IMG/VR virus record: IMGVR_UViG_3300017650_000009
Direction: 5' to 3' (one strand)
DNA length: 64,000 nt
Source: a virus
Lineage: Duplodnaviria > Heunggongvirae > Uroviricota > Caudoviricetes
In this document: positions 37,469 through 47,591 of the stretch, piece after piece
Position numbering within the stretch: the first letter of the stretch is position 1
How the letters are laid out: the number at the start of each line of letters is the position of its first letter
Translations under genes and position numbers: made by a program
The notes under the pieces: generated by a model
Told to the model about the DNA's origin: nothing
What the model saw: the letters and a program-made list of their open reading frames with translations, nothing else
Database searches by the model: none

Positions 37469-38239
37469 ATGAAGAGTTTCTACCAATATCTTTCCGAATT
37501 GAAGAAAGAATACAAGTACAAGCTAAAGCTTGCTGTTCCCGTGACCGATGAGATGATGGATTCCCTGGAGAATATCCTCAAGCGTTATGATGCAATTGAT
37601 GTAAGTCGTCCGAAAAAGAGTATCCTTCAGCACAATGAGATTGATTTTCCTGGTATTGGTCCGGTTGAATCCTATACAATCAACATTGTAACTGAACGTC
37701 CACTTATCACGCAATCATTGGTATCTGCTTTGCAATCGGGACTCAATGTCAGTGAACGCTTTATTCGTATTCGTGGTGAGAATGAGCCAGTAACTGTTGA
37801 ACAGCGTTTTCAAGATGAAGTTGCCCGTATCAATGACAAGGCAGAAGATGAAGGTCTAGAAGAAACTTCTCTTTTGGGCACAGAAGAACTTCCAGTAAGT
37901 GATTTGCCACAGGCTTATGGTAACGATTATAATCAGAGTCTACTAAATTATTTGGCACAATTGCAAGCCAATCGTGCTGAAGAAGAAGATGCAAAGACCC
38001 CGCATAAGACTATGTTTGGTTGGCTTAATGATCAGAAGGCTCGTGCTGATGATGCATTCATTAGTGATCACTCAGGAGTAAAGCCAGTTAGTGGATCGCT
38101 CTTGAAAGCTAAGGAAAATCCAGAAGCTCCTGTTCCAGTTGCAAACACTGGTAACTTTGATAGTTCAATTGCTTATGCAAGTAAGACTTTCAAGGATAAG
38201 GGCGGCAAGACCAAGAAACTATCTGATAAAGGTGAATAA
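37469..38239 (+). CDS. putative virion structural protein
   Basis: 256-aa ORF behind a late promoter, MKSF.QYL.E N-terminus. Confidence 0.65.
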   Translation: MKSFYQYLSELKKEYKYKLKLAVPVTDEMMDSLENILKRYDAIDVSRPKKSILQHNEIDFPGIGPVESYTINIVTERPLITQSLVSALQSGLNVSERFIRIRGENEPVTVEQRFQDEVARINDKAEDEGLEETSLLGTEELPVSDLPQAYGNDYNQSLLNYLAQLQANRAEEEDAKTPHKTMFGWLNDQKARADDAFISDHSGVKPVSGSLLKAKENPEAPVPVANTGNFDSSIAYASKTFKDKGGKTKKLSDKGE

Positions 38240-40404
38240 TGGCTGGAACAAAGCGACCGCGCACAGATTCCCTACATGGACAATCTGTAACGAAACAAGT
38301 AACTCCACATGCGGACGCCAATACGCCGGAACTTATTGAGGTTCCGGCAACGCCGACTGCGCCTTATGCTTTTACAACTGCAACTGATAATCGCTTTGAT
38401 ACACTTGATTTAATCCGTGTAAACACGTTAGGTGGTAGCTCAGGTGAAGCGAGTTTATTCTCGACAATTGATAAATCTTTGGGGTTCTATGATTTGAACT
38501 TCAAAAGTATTGCGGTTAGTGGGGACCTAGAACTTACTGAGACTCCAACCAGTGTGTTGTTGAGTCTAAAGCAACCAGAAGTTGTCCCTACATTCATCCA
38601 ATCCGGTACAAATTTGACTCAATCGGGAGGACTCATTTATAAGGGCACCAACGGTGATGTATTGGAATTCCGCACAATTGGTGTTGGTCCAGGTCTAACT
38701 TTGCAGCAGACTGCTACTCAAGTCGTATTGGGTCTAGCAACTGCGCCTGCAACTGGTGATATTTCCGGTGCAATCAATTTGGGTTCAGGCGGAGCAAATG
38801 TATTCCACAGTAAGGATGGATCAAATCTTCAATTCCGTTCTTTAATTTCTGCAAATAGCATTATTAGTTTGAATCAGAATAGTGCGGATACACAAATCGT
38901 TATTAGCTTCAATGAGGCAGCAATTAGTCTAGCTAATCTTGGTGGTGTATTACCGGCTAACCGAGTAAGTGGATTGAGCCCAATTGCTACGAATCCCGAT
39001 TATAATTTGTTGAACAATAAACCTGTTATTCCGGCACGTCTTACGGATCTACAGGATGTCAGTGGTACTCCAACACAAGGTGATACTCTAACTTATATGA
39101 GTGGCACGGGTTGGGTCCCATCTGCCCCAGGACTACAGAATGCATTCAATCGTGTTACTGTGGGTACCACATCAATCAATGCAGCTCCTGGTGCAATGGA
39201 TCTCAAATTTGAGGCCGGTGATGGTCTGGTTGTAAATGCTGCTTCTGGTACCCGCACTCTTACGTATGGAATGCGTAAGACTGGCGTTACTGCTGGATCA
39301 TACTTAAATGCAAATATCGTCATTGATGAATATGGTCGTATTTTGACTGCAGGTAATGGTTCGAGTGGAAGTGAAAACGGTTTCCCAGATCCAATGACTT
39401 CGATTGGTGATATGATTTACCGAAATAGTGCAAACCAAACAACTCGACTGAAGGGTGGTTCAAACGGTCAAGTCCTAACAATGGACTTTGGTGTTCCAAC
39501 TTGGCGTAACCCAGCCACAGGTGGCGGTGGTTCTGTTTCCAGTGTTAATATATTGGGTTCAGGCGGCATCGAAGCTACTGGTGGCCCAATCACTAGTTCT
39601 GGTGTAATCAACGTAAGTCTTAAGGCCACCGGTGTAGCTGCGGGTACCTATACAGCGGCAACAATTCGTGTTGATGCTCAGGGACGTATTACAATGGCAT
39701 CAAACAACACTATTGTTTCTGGTGCACGTAAGATTAATACGGGCTATGGCTTGGATGGTGGTGGTGATCTAACCAATGATTTGACCCTCTCTTTGCAGAA
39801 ATCTGGTGCAATTGCTGGTACTTATAGTAATCCGACTGTTCGTGTTGATGAGTATGGTCGAATCCTACAAATCTCAGGTGGCGGAGCCGGTGGCGGTGGT
39901 GGCGTAACCAGTGTTAATGCTGTTGGTCAAAATGGTATCAACATTACTGGCGCACCAATCACAAGTTCTGGTACTCTTACTGTTACCCTTACAAACACTG
40001 GTGTGCAAGCTGGTCAATACTCAAATCCAACGATTCAGGTTAACGCCCAGGGTCGTATCACCAGCATTAGTTCTGGCGGTGGCGGCGGTGGCGATGATTT
40101 CGTCCTCGGAGGCAATATGGTTGCTGGAGCAACTGGCGAACCAATTGCAAACTCATTTGGTGGCTTGTTCCTACCAATTGTTCCTTTGGCTGCATTACAA
40201 AATCGTACACATGCAGTTAACACAAATAAAGATCAAGGAATGATGGTCAATTGTTTTGAACGTAACTGGATATATGTAGCTTCAGGTGATGGACCTACAA
40301 ATCCTTGGGTTCCACTTGGTTATTATCAAAGTAGTCCTACTACTTTTGCACCACATGTATTCTTACAAGGAACACCATTGATAAGTGTTATTACTCCTGG
40401 TTAA
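38239..40404 (+). CDS. Gly-rich fibre/structural protein with tail-fibre repeats
   Basis: four TG(V/A).AG.Y.....(V/I)(D/N)..GRI repeats and GGGGG linkers. Confidence 0.75.
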   Translation: MAGTKRPRTDSLHGQSVTKQVTPHADANTPELIEVPATPTAPYAFTTATDNRFDTLDLIRVNTLGGSSGEASLFSTIDKSLGFYDLNFKSIAVSGDLELTETPTSVLLSLKQPEVVPTFIQSGTNLTQSGGLIYKGTNGDVLEFRTIGVGPGLTLQQTATQVVLGLATAPATGDISGAINLGSGGANVFHSKDGSNLQFRSLISANSIISLNQNSADTQIVISFNEAAISLANLGGVLPANRVSGLSPIATNPDYNLLNNKPVIPARLTDLQDVSGTPTQGDTLTYMSGTGWVPSAPGLQNAFNRVTVGTTSINAAPGAMDLKFEAGDGLVVNAASGTRTLTYGMRKTGVTAGSYLNANIVIDEYGRILTAGNGSSGSENGFPDPMTSIGDMIYRNSANQTTRLKGGSNGQVLTMDFGVPTWRNPATGGGGSVSSVNILGSGGIEATGGPITSSGVINVSLKATGVAAGTYTAATIRVDAQGRITMASNNTIVSGARKINTGYGLDGGGDLTNDLTLSLQKSGAIAGTYSNPTVRVDEYGRILQISGGGAGGGGGVTSVNAVGQNGINITGAPITSSGTLTVTLTNTGVQAGQYSNPTIQVNAQGRITSISSGGGGGGDDFVLGGNMVAGATGEPIANSFGGLFLPIVPLAALQNRTHAVNTNKDQGMMVNCFERNWIYVASGDGPTNPWVPLGYYQSSPTTFAPHVFLQGTPLISVITPG

Positions 40405-40442
40405 TAAATATTACTAGATTTAACCCTCAATGAGGACAAAAT

Positions 40443-41786
40443 ATGGCGAAGATGAACATTGAACTAACAATTAATACGAGCGATGACGAGAACAATCCAT
40501 CTTCGCATAGCTCGACAACAATCCGTACTGATTCCCTAGACGAATTGCAGCGTATGCTTTCCCTAGCTGGCATCAATGCAACGCCGGCAGAAACACCAGT
40601 TGAACCGGAAATCATTGATATTACTGCGGAACCGGAAGTTGAGATTGCTGAAGAACCAGAAGTCTATACACAGACTGCTGATTACAAGCCGCGTATGCCG
40701 GATCAGAAGCTAAACAATCCACGTTTCAGTGATAATTCCATTGCTGAAGATGCGGGTTTCGGAGCAAATGCTCGTGAAATTGCAGACGTTTATTTTAGTT
40801 TCTTGGATTTCGTAGATGGTGAGGAAGCTGTTGCTCGTACAGCGGATCATTTCGGTGTAACAGGTGAAGAAATCGAACGCGCAGTTCGTGAAGTTGTTGA
40901 TGCTGAAGCATTTGCAGAAACTGAAGAAGTTTCTTGTGAAGATTGTGAAGTAGAAGATAAGTTGGAACCAGCTCGTAAAACACTTCGAGATTATATGAGC
41001 GAAGCTCCAAGTGATTCTAAAGAAATCACAATGACTCTCAGTGGTGATGTTCTTGGCACATTCATGGACAACTTGGATTATCGTGCAGCCAAAGCTTATT
41101 TGGATTCATATCCTGCAGGTATCCTCCAGAATGATACTTTTGAAACTGGTAGTTTCATTTTCAAGAACCGTAAAGGGCAGTATCGTTTCTTCAACGTAAA
41201 CGCTGATGAAGTACAGGATTGGGATTGGAAGACCGATATCAAAGAACTAGTTGACACATTTAACGGTGATACTCGTGATATCAAGGCATTCCTTGGTGGT
41301 TTCTGGTATGAACCAGCTGATGAATACTTCCCCGAAGTAAAAGGTGGAATGGATTTTTATAATGAGATCCTAGATGAAGCTTATGGTCAGTCTTGGGAAG
41401 CAAAGCATGGTGGATATGTTGGTACAGTGGCGTTGCTACCAATTGAACGTATGATGGTTACTTTGGATCAGCTCGGTGAAAACGAGTATTTTGGTGACGA
41501 TTTGACATCTGGACGTTCGGGTATTGTTTGCTTCGCAATTGAGACTGGTACGGCTAATCCACGTTATACTTTCGCAAGTACATATGGCAATGCAAGTGAG
41601 TATCGTCCAAATGAGAAATACATGACCTACCATGATCAGACAGGTAAAGAACGTCCTGCTCGCGTTGTAACTTCATTCAGCGGTAAGGAATACATGGATC
41701 CAAAGGGTCGTGAAACAATCAAGTCTAACATGGCAAAGGGTGGAATGGATCCTCGTAAGAAATATTCAGTACGAGTATTCAAATAA
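40443..41786 (+). CDS. acidic putative head/prohead-core protein
   Basis: late promoter at 40405; DELQRMLSLAGI motif; acidic. Confidence 0.55.
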   Translation: MAKMNIELTINTSDDENNPSSHSSTTIRTDSLDELQRMLSLAGINATPAETPVEPEIIDITAEPEVEIAEEPEVYTQTADYKPRMPDQKLNNPRFSDNSIAEDAGFGANAREIADVYFSFLDFVDGEEAVARTADHFGVTGEEIERAVREVVDAEAFAETEEVSCEDCEVEDKLEPARKTLRDYMSEAPSDSKEITMTLSGDVLGTFMDNLDYRAAKAYLDSYPAGILQNDTFETGSFIFKNRKGQYRFFNVNADEVQDWDWKTDIKELVDTFNGDTRDIKAFLGGFWYEPADEYFPEVKGGMDFYNEILDEAYGQSWEAKHGGYVGTVALLPIERMMVTLDQLGENEYFGDDLTSGRSGIVCFAIETGTANPRYTFASTYGNASEYRPNEKYMTYHDQTGKERPARVVTSFSGKEYMDPKGRETIKSNMAKGGMDPRKKYSVRVFK

Positions 41787-41791
41787 AAACT

Positions 41792-43384
41792 ATGGCTAAA
41801 GAAGATTCAGTTGATATCGTTAAAAAAGGATATCAGAAGGACGTCTACAATAGGGATCGTGAAGAAGAGCTGCTTAAATGTGCAGCCGATCCCATTTACT
41901 TCATTGAAACATATGTTCGAATTCAGCATCCGATTAAGGGTCGTGTTCCATTTGAACCATATCCATTTCAGCGAGATTTGATTCGTTCCTTTCACGAGTT
42001 CAATAGCGTTATCGCACTAACTGCTCGTCAGATGGGTAAGACCACTTGCGCAGCGGGCTTTCTTCTTTGGAAAGCAATGTTTGAACCAGATACAACGATC
42101 CTATTGGCGGCGAACAAGATGGTTCAGGCGCTTGAAATTATGGATCGTATTCGATATGCATATGAAAATTTAGAAGATTACAACTGGTTACGCGCGGGTA
42201 TCACCGAATATAATAAAGGTACGATTCGTTTTGATAATGGATCCAAGATCGTAGCCCGCGCAACCACACCAGATGCTGGTCGTGGTCTTTCCATTACCCT
42301 TTTGTATTTGGATGAGTTTGCATTCGTTAAGCCAAACATGGCAACAGAATTCTGGACTGCCATTCAGCCTACCCTAGCGACGGGTGGAGCTTGTATCATC
42401 ACAAGCACACCAAACAACGACGAAGATCAGTTTGCGCAGATTTGGCATGGAGCCAACGCAACCATAGACAACTATGGCAACGAACGTGAACGTGGTATTG
42501 GAATCAACGGGTTCAAAGCTCTTGAGGTTAAGTGGGATAAGCATCCGGATCGTGACGAAGAATGGGCTGATAAATTCCGAGCAATGCTTGGCGAAGATAA
42601 GTTCCAGCGAGAATTTGAATGTAAGTTCGTTTCCGAGGATGAAACACTCGTTAACAACTTGACCCTATCCGTTTTGCAGAGCAAAGATGAGATTTTCAAG
42701 ATCAACGAAATTCGTTGGTATTCTGAACCACAAGCGAATCATACCTACACGGTTGCTTTGGATCCTTGTTTGGGCACCGGTGGTGACTTTGCAGCAATTC
42801 AAGTCTTCGAAATGCCAACTATGCGACAGGTAGCAGAATGGCGTCACAATAAGACTCCGATCAAGGGGCAAATTGCCACACTTATGGAAATCCTAAATTA
42901 TATTTTCTACACCCTAGTAGAGGATGAAGATCAAATCGGCGAACCCGAATTGTATTGGTCTATCGAAAATAATACTTTGGGAGAAGCTGCTCTAATAGTG
43001 ATCAATGATACTGGTGAGGAAAATTTCCCCGGTGTATTTGTTCATGAACCTCGTCGTAATGGCGGTGGCCGTGGGCGTAAGGGTTTGACAACCACAAATA
43101 AATCAAAGCTATCATCATGCGCAAAGGTGAAATCGTTGATTGAATCCCAACGCATGGAGCTTAATTCAAAAGCTTTGATTCGTGAGTTTAAGAACTTCGT
43201 ACGTTCGGGGGCATCATTTGCTGCTAAATGGGGCGAAACGGATGATTTGATCTCCGCAGTTTTGCTTTGCACAAGAATTGCACAGATGGTTGCCGAATGG
43301 GATCCAGATATGGGTGAATCACTAAAGGAAGTCGCTAACGAAGATAGTGATATGAATTTAGCCCCACTCCCAATTAGCTTCTAA
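41792..43384 (+). CDS. terL: terminase large subunit (T4 gp17-like)
   Basis: DPIYFIETY, ARQMGKTT Walker A, LYLDEFAF Walker B, ITSTPN, ALDP..G.GGDF, DDL. Confidence 0.95.
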   Translation: MAKEDSVDIVKKGYQKDVYNRDREEELLKCAADPIYFIETYVRIQHPIKGRVPFEPYPFQRDLIRSFHEFNSVIALTARQMGKTTCAAGFLLWKAMFEPDTTILLAANKMVQALEIMDRIRYAYENLEDYNWLRAGITEYNKGTIRFDNGSKIVARATTPDAGRGLSITLLYLDEFAFVKPNMATEFWTAIQPTLATGGACIITSTPNNDEDQFAQIWHGANATIDNYGNERERGIGINGFKALEVKWDKHPDRDEEWADKFRAMLGEDKFQREFECKFVSEDETLVNNLTLSVLQSKDEIFKINEIRWYSEPQANHTYTVALDPCLGTGGDFAAIQVFEMPTMRQVAEWRHNKTPIKGQIATLMEILNYIFYTLVEDEDQIGEPELYWSIENNTLGEAALIVINDTGEENFPGVFVHEPRRNGGGRGRKGLTTTNKSKLSSCAKVKSLIESQRMELNSKALIREFKNFVRSGASFAAKWGETDDLISAVLLCTRIAQMVAEWDPDMGESLKEVANEDSDMNLAPLPISF

Positions 43385-43413
43385 CATAAATATGACAAAG
43401 TTAGGAGAATAAC

Positions 43414-46287
43414 ATGGCGTCATTGATCTCAAATATGGCTAATGAAATCTTCCAGATTCTAAAAGGATCAGGTAGAACTCTTAGTCTATATGATGAATAC
43501 GGGAACAAAGTATATGAACCTGCGAGCGCTAAGAGCTTCTTTGCTGAACCAGACAAACTAATGCTCTCTATTGATCCCGATGGAGCAAATAGTGCATTAA
43601 ACATGTATGTGAGTGATTCAGCAAACGTAAGAGAAATGTCCAAGATGATTGATTCCATGCGCAACATGGCAACTCGATATAACTATCTCTTCAATATCCG
43701 CAAATACGGCAAAGACTTGAATCCCAAGGATTTTGCGTTCAAAGCATTGCCAATGATGGAATCCATGTGGGGTAGTACAAAAACTAGCTACCAAAACTTG
43801 GGATCAACTAAACTAATCATTCGACATAGTGATCGTGTATCTGAGGATGTTAGAGGGTCTCGCTCTCGCAAAATCAATGCTATTTTTGTTGAAACCTCCG
43901 AAGGCGAGCGTTTCAAATTCCCAACAAAAAACCTTCATGGTGCTCGCGCATTTGCCAAGCATATTGACTCCGGTGGCCGACCACATGATGAATTTTCACA
44001 ATTTATTTTTAATGAATGTGACAAGCAACATAGTGTAAACATTGTTCGTGCTCGCATGAAGCGTATGCAGGAATCATCGGATACCATCGATGCGTTGCGT
44101 GAGACACTTGCTAATTTTGTTGCGGAGTCGAAGTCACGTATTAGTCGCCTCCAAGGGAATCGCTTTTATTCTGGCGTAATGGAACAAATTCAAAGTAGTC
44201 CAAATGTATTGGGCGCTATGAGCCAAGAAATTAAAGCAAAACAAGCAGAGCTTGTCGAGACTCTTGGTTTAGATGAAACAGATTCGCTATTTCCGATATT
44301 GGAATCCGTGGCGAAAACTATATTGGAAATGAATCAAATGAATCCATTAAATTTTGAAGAAGAAACACTACTTCAAACTTATGTGTTTGAATCCGAAGAT
44401 CGTCTAAATGATCTTCTCGAAACACTTGAGGGCGAATTCGGTTATGAACGTGATACTCACTTTGTTATTGAAGGACTCAAAGTTGGTATGCTCGATGAAA
44501 GCGTATTTGATAACGCACAGACATATATGGGCGATTTCGATGGTTTCTCACTTACTGAGGAACCACAGGATAAGTTTCTAACTTATGCACGTCAGTGGAA
44601 TAAGGCTCGTGGTCTTGCAGCTGGTGCGGATGATTCCGAACTAGCTGATATCGATCGTTCAAGTGCAGAGCTTGCATCGGGCCTTAAGGACGTTATTGCT
44701 GGTCGTCTTAACTTGAAGATGCCTAAGGGCGAAAAACCACGTTTCACAAATAAAGCTGCGGAAATCGCATACAAGCTAAATGCCGCGGGTGAACCGGGCG
44801 TTGGTATGCAGAACGATGCACTTGCAAACTACGTAAGTAACTTGGCTCATAAAATCTCCCATGGAGAGTCGATTGATGCAAACGAGCGTTTCTTTGCTCA
44901 GCGTATTGCGGATATCGTCGACAACTCGATGGCTGCAGAATCCATCTTGCCTGAAGAGCGTGAGCTTGACGAATGGGCTGGTTCGTTCGATGAAGCACGC
45001 TATAACCCATATAATATCGGCGATGATGAAGTTTATGATGGCACAAATCTTCGTAAGGTAAAGCAGTCAGAAGTTGAAAAATTCCTCAATGAGTTCAGCA
45101 TGGATGATTTCTTCAATGAGATTTTCGATGGTGACATTGATCATGCTGTTGCACCAGATGAATCAATTAGCCGTAAGTATCTCCTGGATATGCTTTACTG
45201 GTACGCAAGTGAGCAGATGTATTTGCCTCGTGAAGCAGTGGAACAGTTCTACGGTGATTTTGAAGGTTTCCTAGATGCTGAAATCATTCCATATTTGAAA
45301 AAGCATAGCTATGATATTTCCGAATCTCTAGATGAGGCTCAGGAAATTCATATGAATGATTTCTTGCGCGGTGCAATTGCAAATGCAATCGAAAAGATGG
45401 ACTCTGGAACCTATTATGGTATCCTAAGTGGTGATGATGCACAAGATGATTTGTATGCGCTAATCGCAGATTTGAAATCAATGGTTGCTGATGAGCTTGG
45501 TCTAAATGATCTTGTAGATTATGCTGATGAGATCATGTCCATTGCTAAATCAGTATGGGGCGGCACTAATGAATCGCTTCAGGAAGCTGAATCCGGCAGT
45601 TTCGAAGGAAACCAGGGCATTGTATTTGATCAGGCTCATTCTGCGCTCGTGGCGCTCATTGAGCAAGGAAAAGGCCCTCTAACAAATGTAACTGCTGAAT
45701 GGTTTGATCCAGCAGAAGGTGATCCGGCCGAGACTCTTAAGGAACTCGCAGATGAGGCAGTTGGTACCGTAGCAAATGCTTTTGCGCGTGACGAAGAATT
45801 TGACTGGGCTTACGATTTTATTCGTAGCGATGCATGGGCAGATTTGCATAAGATTGCAACTGCTCTTATTAGTCAGAAGTATGGTGTCGAGCTAGACGAA
45901 GAAGCAATGTTTGGTCGTAACTCCCATACTCGTCAGGTTAATGCAATCAATTTTGCACAGGTTCAGACAACTCTAAAGCGTTTGATCATGGCAGAACCAA
46001 AGGACGTTCCTGCGGATCAGTATGAGAACTCAATTTTCTCAAAACTACGTGATGATTATTCTTATTCTATTCCATATTCCAACGCAATTCGTGCAAACGA
46101 AATGAAGATCCGTAAGGCTATTCAGGACGCTTATTCGAGTGAGGTTGCCGAAGATATTGAATGTGATGGTGTGGTTGTTCCTGGCGATCAGGGTGATGAT
46201 TTTGTTTATGACACTATGACTCAGGATGCGCTTGCATCGACGGAAGCTGATGCTCTTGAACGTTTGAGAAAACTAGCAGGCATTTAA
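43414..46287 (+). CDS. large acidic putative internal head protein
   Basis: 957-aa ORF behind the late promoter at 43387; ends LRKLAGI like the N-terminal motif of 40443. Confidence 0.6.
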   Translation: MASLISNMANEIFQILKGSGRTLSLYDEYGNKVYEPASAKSFFAEPDKLMLSIDPDGANSALNMYVSDSANVREMSKMIDSMRNMATRYNYLFNIRKYGKDLNPKDFAFKALPMMESMWGSTKTSYQNLGSTKLIIRHSDRVSEDVRGSRSRKINAIFVETSEGERFKFPTKNLHGARAFAKHIDSGGRPHDEFSQFIFNECDKQHSVNIVRARMKRMQESSDTIDALRETLANFVAESKSRISRLQGNRFYSGVMEQIQSSPNVLGAMSQEIKAKQAELVETLGLDETDSLFPILESVAKTILEMNQMNPLNFEEETLLQTYVFESEDRLNDLLETLEGEFGYERDTHFVIEGLKVGMLDESVFDNAQTYMGDFDGFSLTEEPQDKFLTYARQWNKARGLAAGADDSELADIDRSSAELASGLKDVIAGRLNLKMPKGEKPRFTNKAAEIAYKLNAAGEPGVGMQNDALANYVSNLAHKISHGESIDANERFFAQRIADIVDNSMAAESILPEERELDEWAGSFDEARYNPYNIGDDEVYDGTNLRKVKQSEVEKFLNEFSMDDFFNEIFDGDIDHAVAPDESISRKYLLDMLYWYASEQMYLPREAVEQFYGDFEGFLDAEIIPYLKKHSYDISESLDEAQEIHMNDFLRGAIANAIEKMDSGTYYGILSGDDAQDDLYALIADLKSMVADELGLNDLVDYADEIMSIAKSVWGGTNESLQEAESGSFEGNQGIVFDQAHSALVALIEQGKGPLTNVTAEWFDPAEGDPAETLKELADEAVGTVANAFARDEEFDWAYDFIRSDAWADLHKIATALISQKYGVELDEEAMFGRNSHTRQVNAINFAQVQTTLKRLIMAEPKDVPADQYENSIFSKLRDDYSYSIPYSNAIRANEMKIRKAIQDAYSSEVAEDIECDGVVVPGDQGDDFVYDTMTQDALASTEADALERLRKLAGI

Positions 46288-46327
46288 AAAGAATATTGAT
46301 TCTAAAGAGCTTTCTAAGCTATAAAGA

Positions 46328-46357
46328 GAGAACGGAAAGGAATTTCCGTTCTTTTCC
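46328..46357 (+). terminator. intrinsic terminator
   Basis: GAGAACGGAA-aggaat-TTCCGTTCTT-TT. Confidence 0.65.
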
Positions 46358-46526
46358 ATATTTGTAACTAACTGATATATTAGAAAATAATAAAAAATAA
46401 ATATTGATATGTCGCCCAGGTATAAATATAATGTGAACATATTAAAAACATAAGTGTTCTCAAAAACTTATAATAATTTAGGCTCACTTAATAAGGCTCT
46501 AATAAGGCTCAAAAAGGATAATAAAA

Positions 46527-47519
46527 ATGGCTACTTTAGACGATATCCGTAATAAACTTCTCGCGCAGCAGACAAAGTCTGAAAACAAGGGTGGCGGTGG
46601 CGACCGCGCAATGTATCCGTTCTGGAACACCCCTGAAGGACAATCCTCAACAATTCGTTTTCTTCCTGATGCAGATCCAAACAACACGTTTTTCTGGGTT
46701 GAACGCTTGGTTATCAAGCTTCCATTCCAGGGCGTAAAGGGTGGAGATGACAAGGAAGTGGTAGTTCAGGTTCCGTGCATGGAAATGTATAACGAAACTT
46801 GCCCTATCATCACCGAGACTCGTCCTTGGTGGAAGGATCCTGAATTGCAGCCAATGGCTCGCAAGTATTACAAGAAGAAGTCTTACTTGTTCCAGGGTTT
46901 TGTTGTAAACAGCGCCTTCGAAGAGAAGGAACTTCCGGAAAATCCAATCCGCCGTTTTGCAATCAACAGCTCGATTTTTGATATTATCAAGTCATCTTTG
47001 ATGAATCCAGAAATGGAAGATATGCCGGTTGATTTCACACACGGTCGTGATTTCAAGCTAACAAAGACCACAAAGGGTCAGTTCGCTAACTACTCTACCT
47101 CTAACTGGTCCTTCAAGACTCGTCCGCTTGGCACTGATGAACTCGGTGCAGTCGAACAGCACGGCTTGTTCAACTTGCGTGACTTCTTGCCCAAGAAGCC
47201 AGGTGCTGAAGAGCTCCAGGCAATTAAGGAAATGTTCCAGGCATCGGTAAACCAGGAAGCTTACGACGCTGATCGTTGGGGTTCTTACTACAAGCCTTTC
47301 GGTCTTCAGACGAATGACTCGGATGGCGGTGAGCGTTCTAATTCATCTCCGGCCCCTAGCGCAAGTGCAGGCGCAAGCGACATCTTGAGCCGCTTGAACA
47401 CTACGCCAGCAGCTTCTGCTCCAGCGGCAGCTCCTGTTCAGGAATCCGCTCCAGCAGCAGAAGGCAAGCCAGACGCGCAGGAAATTCTACGTCGTATTCG
47501 CGAACGTAATGGCGGCTAA
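46527..47519 (+). CDS. single-stranded DNA-binding protein (T4 gp32-like)
   Basis: TIRFLPD, FWVER, PC.EMY..TCPI, GRDFKL.KT..G.FANY..S.W. Confidence 0.9.
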   Translation: MATLDDIRNKLLAQQTKSENKGGGGDRAMYPFWNTPEGQSSTIRFLPDADPNNTFFWVERLVIKLPFQGVKGGDDKEVVVQVPCMEMYNETCPIITETRPWWKDPELQPMARKYYKKKSYLFQGFVVNSAFEEKELPENPIRRFAINSSIFDIIKSSLMNPEMEDMPVDFTHGRDFKLTKTTKGQFANYSTSNWSFKTRPLGTDELGAVEQHGLFNLRDFLPKKPGAEELQAIKEMFQASVNQEAYDADRWGSYYKPFGLQTNDSDGGERSNSSPAPSASAGASDILSRLNTTPAASAPAAAPVQESAPAAEGKPDAQEILRRIRERNGG

Positions 47520-47522
47520 TTA

Positions 47523-47550
47523 GTTGGGGAGTATAGCTCCCCAATTACTT
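47523..47550 (+). terminator. hairpin/terminator
   Basis: TTGGGGAG-loop-CTCCCCAA. Confidence 0.55.
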
Positions 47551-47591
47551 TCCCAAAATCAGTATTAATTCTGATCTCATAAGGAGATGAT

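Noticed and set aside
46296-46357. TTGATT-N18-TATAAA immediately followed by a hairpin (possible tiny RNA)
   Set aside because: The region is very AT-rich, so promoter-like matches arise by chance; the hairpin is explained as the terminator of the upstream operon.
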